DNA of 24,000 bases from Anaerolineae bacterium (GCA_028285185.1 JANQQD010000106.1:1-24000); one strand, 5' to 3'. Counted from the first letter of the stretch, positions 1 to 6,620 are shown. Numbers and translations are program-made. The notes: generated by a model not told the origin, from the letters alone.

Positions 1-357
1 CCAGGTGCGGCCACATTCGGCCCACGGCGGCCTGCCCCCTCAGGCCATACGCGAGCGGCCCGCGGGCGACCGGCTGCGCACCCCCGACCAGCTCCGCCCC
101 TCGCCCGCTACCATCGAGATCGCAGAGACGCTATGAAACCCCAGGACTCTCATTATCAACGCGGGACCAACGGGGAGCACGTCACAATTTCTTCGACGTA
201 GGCCGTGATGCGTCGCTGCCTCCACCCGAAGATGACATACTACCGAGATCGCGGACATGCACGACTGGACCGCGCCAATATCGGCGATGTGTCGAGCGTA
301 AGCGCCGGGTCCTCGGCAGCTACGGGGTGCCGGCCGCCTCGGTCCCCGGCGGGATCA

Positions 358-1242
358 CTACGCTTGGGCGTAGACGATGTCGTACAGGTGCGCGGAGGTC
401 AGGAATCCGATCACCTTGTGCAGCGACGACAACTGCGTGGACGGCGGAAAGCGGATGTCGCCTTCCGGGTTGTGACCGATCAGATCGCCGCGGTCGGTTC
501 TGGCGACAGCCACGAACAGCGGGGACCACGACCAAGTGTTCACGACGGTGTCGCCGAGCCGAATGGACTTCGTGGGGTCCACGAGAGCCAGCGCCTCCAG
601 ACCGAGGGGTTGGGGCGCTGCCGTGGAACTGAGGAGCACGCCATAGCCCATGGCGCTCAGTTCGAACTGGGACGACAAGACCACTGTCGCAGTGTCATCG
701 GCAGACAGTCCCACGCCTTCGAATGAGCTGGAAAAGTAGCAGCGGTATCCACGGGTTCCGTCATGCGCCCTTTCGACCGCGGCGCTGGCTCCCGGGACCA
801 TCATCGCCACATCCGCCGGATCGAAATCCAAGATCTTCTGCAAGGTGACCAGATCGACGTCGTAGCAGCGCACCAGGCACTTGATGTGCCTGTAGGTGAG
901 CTTGCGGGAGCCGTTCTCCAAGCGGCTCAGCTCCGACTTGGAGATACCCGACATTTCGGCCAACCGGTCCAGCGTCAGACCAACGCGTTGGCGCAGCCAC
1001 GCCAGACGTTCGCCTTGTGACCGTGTGCAGGCTTCGATGCAGTCCACGTCGGGCTCGTGCGCCAAACCTTGCGATTGATACCAAACGACAGCAGGCCTTC
1101 GACCCGAGGAGGCCGTCGCCGGGGCGACTCTACTCTGGGAAAGATCGGCTCGCGACATAAACCAATCGGAGCCCTGGCGTGTGCTCACGTGCTTCGTCTC
1201 CGTCATTTGGGTTGGTGCCTGTGGCAGACTGCCACATCGCAT
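358..1242 (-). CDS. XRE-family helix-turn-helix transcriptional regulator with a C-terminal LexA/CI (peptidase S24)-like domain; true start uncertain
   Basis: HTH_XRE signature: LAWLRQRVGLTLDRLAEMSGISKSELSRLENGSRKLT. By eye the C-terminal half aligns to the S24 beta-barrel: ...LALVDPTKSIRLGDTVV...GHNPEGDIRFPP...LHKVIGFL. The first ~65 codons look non-protein-like and overlap ORF 1130-1426. Alternative starts are ATG 1158 or GTG 1047. Confidence 0.7.
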   Translation of the reverse strand: MRCGSLPQAPTQMTETKHVSTRQGSDWFMSRADLSQSRVAPATASSGRRPAVVWYQSQGLAHEPDVDCIEACTRSQGERLAWLRQRVGLTLDRLAEMSGISKSELSRLENGSRKLTYRHIKCLVRCYDVDLVTLQKILDFDPADVAMMVPGASAAVERAHDGTRGYRCYFSSSFEGVGLSADDTATVVLSSQFELSAMGYGVLLSSTAAPQPLGLEALALVDPTKSIRLGDTVVNTWSWSPLFVAVARTDRGDLIGHNPEGDIRFPPSTQLSSLHKVIGFLTSAHLYDIVYAQA

Positions 1243-1426
1243 CCAGCGTCTGCTCCCGCAGCAGGCCGGCTTCCACCAAGGCGGCCGAGCCCCGTAGCGC
1301 GGGCATCACAATCGAACTGAGATCACCGACGCTGATCGCCGTTCTCTCGTCGATTTCCTCCAGCAAACGCACGAATGCAGTGGCGAGATCATCAAGATGA
1401 TCGGCAATATGTTCCGGTTCCGTCAT
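1130..1426 (-). CDS. hypothetical small protein (98 aa), possibly co-transcribed downstream of the luxR-type gene
   Basis: ORF only. The N-terminal ~65 aa look helical and acidic (MTEPEHIADHLDDLATAFVRLLEEIDERTAISVGDL...). The C-terminal tail is low quality and overlaps the annotated 5' end of 358-1242. GC3 counted over 1141-1241 is about 55-62% in all three minus frames, so codon bias does not discriminate between them. Confidence 0.35.
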   Translation of the reverse strand: MTEPEHIADHLDDLATAFVRLLEEIDERTAISVGDLSSIVMPALRGSAALVEAGLLREQTLDAMWQSATGTNPNDGDEAREHTPGLRLVYVASRSFPE

Positions 1427-1540
1427 CTCCCACGCCGTCCCCCAAGTTTCGTTGAGGCGATGATATGACGGATCTGTTGCGCCGGCGGTATCACCAGCCC
1501 TTGGTATGGGAGGGAAACTTTTCCCGCTTTCGGGTTTGTT

Positions 1541-2305
1541 TCAGGGGCACTCGATCAGGCCTAAGACGACGGCTTTGACAGCCGCGTGCGCCCTTGTCTG
1601 GGCGTTCAGCTTGTACATGCCCGATCGGATGTGGACGTTGACCGTATCTTCCGCGATTCCAAGGATCGTCGCAATGTCGCAGCTGACCTTGCCGGCGGCG
1701 ACCCACTGCAGGCATTCCCTCTCTCGCGCCGTCAGCCGGGGGGAAGTGTCGCTCAAGGTCTGAACCTGCGTTTCCATCAGCATGCGCGCCCGCTCGTGCA
1801 GGTGGAGGGCGAGGGTGGTCAATGCCTCTCTGCCCAGGCGCAACGATGCAGCTCTCTCTTGTGTCGTGCCGTCGGGGACGACGGAGAAGACCGCGAAGTA
1901 GCCGAGCGCATGGATGGGTACGGAGAAGCCGTCGATGATCCCGAACTCGGATGCTTCGTTGAAGACCGTCGCGCTGCCCCTCGTAATCGCCTCCGACTCA
2001 AACAGCCGCCAGGCGAACGGGAGGACGGAGCTGCGTGATCTGACATGCACCAGGTCCTGTTCCAGGTATCCGCGCTCGACGTAGCGTTCCAACCATTCCT
2101 TCGGGTAGTCTGAAATAAACGCGAGCAATGGATCTCGATATCCGTCGACCCTCACAAGATGATAGGTGAGTTTCTTGAATCCGATTTCGCTGATGTACTG
2201 GGAAGCTGTCTGCTCAAGCTCCTCCATATTTTGGCAACTTGCTATGCGGTTGATGATATTTTCAGGTACTGTATAGCACCAAGAAGGTTGCAATATTCCA
2301 GGCAT
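1541..2305 (-). CDS. luxR: LuxR-family quorum-sensing transcriptional regulator (N-terminal autoinducer-binding domain plus C-terminal LuxR/GerE HTH)
   Basis: 254 aa. The autoinducer-binding motif DYPKEWLERYVERGYLEQDLV...LPFAW...GIIDGFSVPI matches TraR Y53, W57, Y61, D70, W85 and G113 with identical spacing. C-terminal HTH: LTARERECLQWVAAGKVSCDIATILGIAEDTVNVHIRSGMYKLNA. It is divergent from the LuxI-containing ORF. Confidence 0.93.
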   Translation of the reverse strand: MPGILQPSWCYTVPENIINRIASCQNMEELEQTASQYISEIGFKKLTYHLVRVDGYRDPLLAFISDYPKEWLERYVERGYLEQDLVHVRSRSSVLPFAWRLFESEAITRGSATVFNEASEFGIIDGFSVPIHALGYFAVFSVVPDGTTQERAASLRLGREALTTLALHLHERARMLMETQVQTLSDTSPRLTARERECLQWVAAGKVSCDIATILGIAEDTVNVHIRSGMYKLNAQTRAHAAVKAVVLGLIECP

Positions 2306-2643
2306 TTCGCACTCTGTCCATTAACTCAACGCCTGATCCCGTCGGCATCAGCTAGCCGAAGCGGCGGGCGGCATGGTCCCAGATCCTCTGCGTCCAACCC
2401 CGTCACCGTCCATCCTACGACTTTCGCGACGAGTAAATTCCCCATCATACCCGATATCCCTAGATTTGCGAAATCAGTGTCTGCAACGGCGTTGAGGTTC
2501 TTTCGGCAGTCAACACCAGAAAATAAAAGGGATTTTTCCCAAATACGAAATTTATTGCGTTATCTCACAAATAGGCGAGATTCATCCCGCTAAGCGTATA
2601 CGAAAGTATCGGCGTGGCCATCCTTACCAATTGGAGCTTCGCC
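2306..2643. promoter_or_regulatory. divergent luxR / P450-luxI intergenic promoter region (AT-rich)
   Basis: 338 bp between divergent start codons. Direct count gives 37% GC over 2511-2610. GGAG at 2633-2636 lies 7 nt upstream of ATG 2644. Short dyads are present: GATTT-GCG-AAATC (2463-2475), CAAC-GGC-GTTG (2484-2494), an imperfect 18-bp dyad TCTCACAAATAGGCGAGA (2563-2580) and CGTATACG (2595-2602). No convincing 20-bp CTG-N10-CAG lux box was seen by eye. Confidence 0.5.
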
Positions 2644-4674
2644 ATGTCGACGATCGCGCTGGGGTCACAAAACGTCGAAGGGTGTTTCGCAGACAGTGGG
2701 CCGCGGGAGATCCGCGGATTGCCGTTCCTGGGAGTGCTGCTGAACCTGCGCAAGGATCCGCCAGCCTTCTTGATGAATTGCGCCCGCGAACACGGGCCCA
2801 TCGTGCCGATGCGCCTGGGCGCACATCGGGCCTGGCTTGTGGCCCATCCCGATGGCCTGCAGCACATCCTCCGCGACAACGCCACCAACTATGTCAAGAC
2901 GCGGTTCGCTGAGAAACTGAAACCGCTGCTGGGCAACGGTGTCGCCACATCGAACGGTGAGACCTGGGCCGCAAGCCGGCGTGTCATCCACCCAATGCTG
3001 AAGCCGACGGAAGTCGAGGCGTTGCTGTCGCAGATCGACAGCGAGGCGACAAAGGTCGCGGACGAATGGGCGGCCGGACCAACCCTGCAGGATCTCAGCC
3101 GAAAGTCGTGCGAAATGACCCTTCGGGTGATCGCCCGCACCATGCTTGGGGCGGAGACTTCTGACACGGCCGAGCGCGTTGTCCGTGCCATGGACGAAGT
3201 GCAGGAGGGGATCTCGCAGCGGATCTGGTCGCTGTTCTCTTTCACCGAGAAGCTGCCCACCGCGCGCAATCGCGCTTTCGATGCCGCCTGCGCGGATGTG
3301 CTGGAACTGGTTCTGGAGACGATCCGCCACCGCCGTGCCAATCCGGGGCCGCGCGACATGCTGGCCGCGCTGTTGGAGGCGAAGGACGCCGAGGGGCGCC
3401 ACTTCTCCGACGAGCAGGTGCGCGACGAGATCATGACGATCTTCGTCGCCGGGCACGAAACGACGGGCAACACGCTCGCCTGGACCTGGGAGGTCATTGC
3501 CCGCAACCCCGAGATCCAGCGCCGGCTGCGCGAGGAGTTGCTGGCGAATGTTCCGACGGACTGCACGCCGAGCCTCCAGACCCTGCGCGGGCTTCAGTAT
3601 ACCCAAGCGGTCCTGCAGGAAGTCATGCGCCTGCGGTCGAGTGCCTGGTGGTTCGCGCGCACGGCCGTGGCCGACGACGAGGTCATGGGCCACCACATCA
3701 AGGCTGGCGACAGCATCATCGTCTCTCAATATGTGACGCATCGCCTGGAGGAGTTCTGGCCGGATGCGGAAACCTTCGATCCGGAGCGCTTTCTCGGCAA
3801 CAAGCCGGCGCACAAATTCTCGTACATTCCGTTCGGTGCCGGGCAGCGCACCTGCCCCGGCGGCCATTTCGCAATGGCCGAGATGTCGCTGGCTCTGGCG
3901 CGCGTCCTGATGCGGCTTGACCTCGCTCCGGCGACGTCAAAGCCCAGGGATTACCAGGCGCTCGTGACCCTTCGGCCGAAGGGCGGCATGCCGATCCGCA
4001 CGCGGCCCTACCGCTCTGCGATTTGGGTCAAGCAGAGCGATGTGGGCGGCCACGCGCTGCTCGATGCGGCCTTGCGGCTTCGGCGCGAGGTGTTCGCGGA
4101 GAAGCTTGGATGGCCCCTGCTGGTGGACGCTGAAGGGCGCGAGCGGGACCAGTTCGACACCGACGATGCGAGCTATCCGATCATCCTGGCCGGTGGGCGG
4201 ATCAAGGCTTGCGCGCGCACCTTGCCGGCGGGAAAGCCCACTCTGCTCTATGAGGTGTTTCCGCATCTTGTGGAGGATCCCGGCGCCAAGCGCCCGCTGC
4301 GCAACATCTGGGAGGGGGCGCGGCTCGCCACTTGCCCGCGGGTCACGGCACGCGAGAGCATGGAATGGTGTCGTGAACTGCTCTATCAATCAGTGCTGCA
4401 GGCGATGCGGGAAGGCGTCACCCATATCCTGACGGTGTCCGATCCGGTGCTGGAGCGGGTATTGATCCGTGCCGGGGCAAGGCCCAAGCGGTTGGGGCCT
4501 GTCATGCGCGACGCCAACGGCTTCGAGACGCTGGGATTGCGAATCGCGTGCGACTTTGAGACCGCGCATTCCCTTTGCGGCACTGATCCGGCCTTCAGCC
4601 GGCTGGACAGCATGGTCGTTTTTGGGCGCCGTGCGGCAGAGGCTGTGCCACCATTGGAGACAAGGGTTGCATAG
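2644..4674 (+). CDS. fusion protein: cytochrome P450 monooxygenase (N-terminal ~465 aa) joined to a LuxI-type acyl-homoserine-lactone synthase (C-terminal ~215 aa)
   Basis: One uninterrupted frame. The ORF track starts at GTG 2614, but ATG 2644 has the better RBS. P450 motifs (numbering from 2614): I-helix FVAGHETTGNT (aa 277-287, nt ~3442-3474), ExxR EVMRLR (aa 336-341), FDPERF (aa 388-393) and heme loop FGAGQRTCPGGHFA with Cys414 at nt 3853-3855. LuxI domain from ~aa 470 (nt 4021): LRLRREVFAEKLGW (R490, F494, W500), GRERDQFD (E510, D512, D515), CARTLP (R535) and IWEGARLA (E567, R570). These match the invariant LuxI-family residues in order and spacing. Confidence 0.93.
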   Translation: MSTIALGSQNVEGCFADSGPREIRGLPFLGVLLNLRKDPPAFLMNCAREHGPIVPMRLGAHRAWLVAHPDGLQHILRDNATNYVKTRFAEKLKPLLGNGVATSNGETWAASRRVIHPMLKPTEVEALLSQIDSEATKVADEWAAGPTLQDLSRKSCEMTLRVIARTMLGAETSDTAERVVRAMDEVQEGISQRIWSLFSFTEKLPTARNRAFDAACADVLELVLETIRHRRANPGPRDMLAALLEAKDAEGRHFSDEQVRDEIMTIFVAGHETTGNTLAWTWEVIARNPEIQRRLREELLANVPTDCTPSLQTLRGLQYTQAVLQEVMRLRSSAWWFARTAVADDEVMGHHIKAGDSIIVSQYVTHRLEEFWPDAETFDPERFLGNKPAHKFSYIPFGAGQRTCPGGHFAMAEMSLALARVLMRLDLAPATSKPRDYQALVTLRPKGGMPIRTRPYRSAIWVKQSDVGGHALLDAALRLRREVFAEKLGWPLLVDAEGRERDQFDTDDASYPIILAGGRIKACARTLPAGKPTLLYEVFPHLVEDPGAKRPLRNIWEGARLATCPRVTARESMEWCRELLYQSVLQAMREGVTHILTVSDPVLERVLIRAGARPKRLGPVMRDANGFETLGLRIACDFETAHSLCGTDPAFSRLDSMVVFGRRAAEAVPPLETRVA

Positions 4675-4703
4675 AGGCAACTGTCGATCGCGCTCAGCAT
4701 GAA

Positions 4704-4735
4704 AACGGGGCCCCGGCACACCGAGGGGCCCCGTT
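4704..4735 (+). terminator. candidate intrinsic terminator hairpin after the P450-LuxI ORF
   Basis: Perfect 11-bp GC-rich inverted repeat: AACGGGGCCCC (4704-4714) and GGGGCCCCGTT (4725-4735), with a 10-nt loop. It starts 30 nt after the TAG stop at 4672-4674. The downstream T tract is weak (aggcttctgg). Confidence 0.55.
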
Positions 4736-4832
4736 AGGCTTCTGGGTATATTGCAAGGCGCTTGCGATTTCTGCCATTCCTGGTAATGAGATGATGTTCT
4801 GGTATACAAAGCGAGGATGGACGCACGCTGCA

Positions 4833-5333
4833 ATGAGTACTGTCAAAGTCAAACGTCCCGTGGGAAGACCGAGGATCGACACGCCACATCCCATCGATGT
4901 GCATGTCGGCAGCCGCGTTCGTCTAAGACGTATCATGCTCGGATTGAGTCAGGAGCGGCTTGGTGACGCGGTCGGACTCACCTTTCAGCAGATACAGAAG
5001 TACGAACGAGGCGCCAACCGCATCGGAGCAAGCCGGCTCTTTCAATTGAGCCGTGTCCTCGATGTTCCGGTGTCGTTCTTCTTCGACGATGCGCCGATTG
5101 CAACCGACTCCGCAGGTGGCGGCGGTGCTGCAATGGGCCAGGCCAACGGCGATTCGGGCTCCGGCCTGCAGTCGAACGATCCGTTGGTGGCGCAGGAAAC
5201 TGCCGATCTGGTCGATGCCTATTACAACATCACCGATCTCAATCTGCGCAAAAGGGTCTATGACCTGACGAAGGCGGCAGGTGTCGTCGGACAGCAGGCC
5301 GGCGGTACGGACCAGAAGGCCCGGAAGGACTAG
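4833..5333 (+). CDS. XRE-family helix-turn-helix transcriptional regulator (conserved alphaproteobacterial type)
   Basis: Motif IDVHVGSRVRLRRIMLGLSQERLGDAVGLTFQQIQKYERGANRIGASRLFQLSRVLDVPVSFFF is the typical HTH_3 core of this family. The track ORF starts at 4791. ATG 4833 (MSTVKVKRP...) gives the usual short N-terminus, so the start is uncertain. Confidence 0.85.
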   Translation: MSTVKVKRPVGRPRIDTPHPIDVHVGSRVRLRRIMLGLSQERLGDAVGLTFQQIQKYERGANRIGASRLFQLSRVLDVPVSFFFDDAPIATDSAGGGGAAMGQANGDSGSGLQSNDPLVAQETADLVDAYYNITDLNLRKRVYDLTKAAGVVGQQAGGTDQKARKD

Positions 5334-5361
5334 CACCTTCGCGTTACACGGTGGCGCTGCG

Positions 5362-5394
5362 GGCCGGGCGATGGCGATCGGCTGTCGCCCGGCC
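5362..5394. terminator. candidate bidirectional terminator hairpin between convergent genes
   Basis: Perfect 10-bp inverted repeat GGCCGGGCGA (5362-5371) / TCGCCCGGCC (5385-5394) with a 13-nt loop. It sits in the 126-bp gap between the + XRE gene (stop 5333) and the - oxidoreductase gene (stop 5460). No clear U tract. Confidence 0.4.
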
Positions 5395-5459
5395 GCCGCC
5401 GGACCGGTTCACGGCTTCCTTCCTTGTGTCGCCAGCACCACTCCGATGATCGCAGCGGC

Positions 5460-6620
5460 TTATGCCGTTTGCGTCGTACAGTCTGCAAAGCGCCTGATGT
5501 CGAAGGCGTCAAGCGGCAGATTTCCGCGCTCGCCCGAGATCCGCTCAGCCAGGATGGCACCGACAATGGGGCCGAGCTGGAAGCCGTGGGCTGAGAAGCC
5601 GAACGCGTGGACTGCGTCCGGCGTCGTACGCGACGGGCCTATGACCGGCAGATCGTCCGGCATGCGGCCTTCGATTCCGGCCCAACAGCGCACAATTGTC
5701 GCACCGGCCATGATGGGGAAGATGTCGGCAGCCGTGGCGGCCGTCTTGGCCAGTTCCGGCAGCCTGAGCCTGGTGCCGGTGCCTCGATCGTCGACGCCGC
5801 CGCGCCGCCCCCCGCCGACAACCACCGTTCCGTTCTCCATCTGCTTGAACGACAGGGGCCGGCCGGCCGCACCGACAACGGCGCCGCAGAACTGAGGCAA
5901 CCGGCCGGTGACCAGCATCATCGGGGCTATGGGCTCTATCGGGACCGGCTCATCGAGCCACGCCGCGACCTCTCCGCCCCAGGCGCCGGCGCAGTTAACC
6001 AGGACGCCGCCGTCAAACGCCCCATGATCCGTATGCAGCCGGAAGCGACCGGTGGACCGGTCGATACCAAGTGCCCTGCAGCTTTCCACAATCCGTGCGC
6101 CGTGCCGTTCCGCCGCACGGCGGAACGCGGCCGTGGTCCGATAGGGGTCGGCAAAGCCGTCGCCCAGGGATGCCAGTCCGCCGACGCAGTGGGATGCGAC
6201 GGCCGGCAACAGCGATCGCAGCTGCTGGCGGTCCAGCAGCACCTCGTGGTCATAGCCATGGGCCCGAACGGAGTCGGCGCGGGCGGCAAGGGTGTGCAGG
6301 TCTGCCTCGGCCTCGGCCACCTTGACCTGGGGCGCGGCGCGGAAACCGCAATCGTCGCCCACCAGATCGGCGATGCGATGCCACATCTCCATGGCGGCCA
6401 TAGATAAGGGGATTTCCGCAATCGCGCGGCCGAGCCGCCGGACCCCGCCGGCATTGACGCCGGAGGCGTGGCGCCCGACCGTGTGCCTCTCCACGACGAT
6501 CACCGAGAGACCCTTTAGGGCGCAGTGGAGCGCCGTGGAGCAGCCGTGAATGCCGCCGCCGATCACGAGCACGTCGGCCGTGGCCAGGCTCGAACGCGCG
6601 CTCCGGGTCGTCGCAGTCAC
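5460..6620 (-). CDS. FAD-dependent oxidoreductase, DAO family (opine oxidase subunit B / sarcosine oxidase beta-like); last gene of the operon
   Basis: N-terminal dinucleotide fold VLVIGGGIHGCSTALHCALKGLSVIVVERHTVGRHASGVNAGGVR. C-terminal HAFGFSAHGFQLGPIVG. Paralogous to 15001-16134. GTG start overlaps the upstream stop (GTGA at 6617-6620). Confidence 0.9.
   Translation of the reverse strand: MTATTRSARSSLATADVLVIGGGIHGCSTALHCALKGLSVIVVERHTVGRHASGVNAGGVRRLGRAIAEIPLSMAAMEMWHRIADLVGDDCGFRAAPQVKVAEAEADLHTLAARADSVRAHGYDHEVLLDRQQLRSLLPAVASHCVGGLASLGDGFADPYRTTAAFRRAAERHGARIVESCRALGIDRSTGRFRLHTDHGAFDGGVLVNCAGAWGGEVAAWLDEPVPIEPIAPMMLVTGRLPQFCGAVVGAAGRPLSFKQMENGTVVVGGGRRGGVDDRGTGTRLRLPELAKTAATAADIFPIMAGATIVRCWAGIEGRMPDDLPVIGPSRTTPDAVHAFGFSAHGFQLGPIVGAILAERISGERGNLPLDAFDIRRFADCTTQTA

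Noticed and set aside
2-136. Possible 3' end of a plus-strand gene entering from the left edge (frame 2, stop TGA at 134-136, high GC3 by eye).
   Set aside because: Only 44 codons, no recognisable motif, and Pro/Arg-rich. That is not enough to call a feature. Region 1-357 is left unannotated.
205-726. The 173-aa plus-strand ORF overlapping the 3' half of the XRE/S24-like gene.
   Set aside because: The translation is Arg/Gly-rich without motifs. The opposite-strand product has a coherent domain structure.
1512-1534. Small hairpins just downstream of the luxR stop (GGGAAA-CT-TTTCCC at 1512-1525; CCCG-CTTT-CGGG at 1523-1534), considered as a luxR terminator.
   Set aside because: The stems are only 4-6 bp, they are mutually exclusive, and the T tract (TTTGTTT) is on the plus strand, not the luxR strand. 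They are too weak to call, and luxR may read through into ORF 1130-1426.
2481-2508. CTGC...GCAG inverted ends in the luxR / P450-luxI intergenic region, considered as a lux box.
   Set aside because: The arms are only 4 bp and lie 28 bp apart overall, far from the 18-20 bp CTG-N10-CAG geometry. The other dyads there have 4-5 bp arms only. I therefore report no lux box.
2614-4674. The P450-LuxI ORF as two adjacent genes merged by a sequencing or assembly frameshift.
   Set aside because: The frame is continuous, both domains are complete and in phase, and there is no residual stop, start or RBS at the boundary (4009-4023). An error cannot be excluded from sequence alone, so a read-level check is listed under findings.
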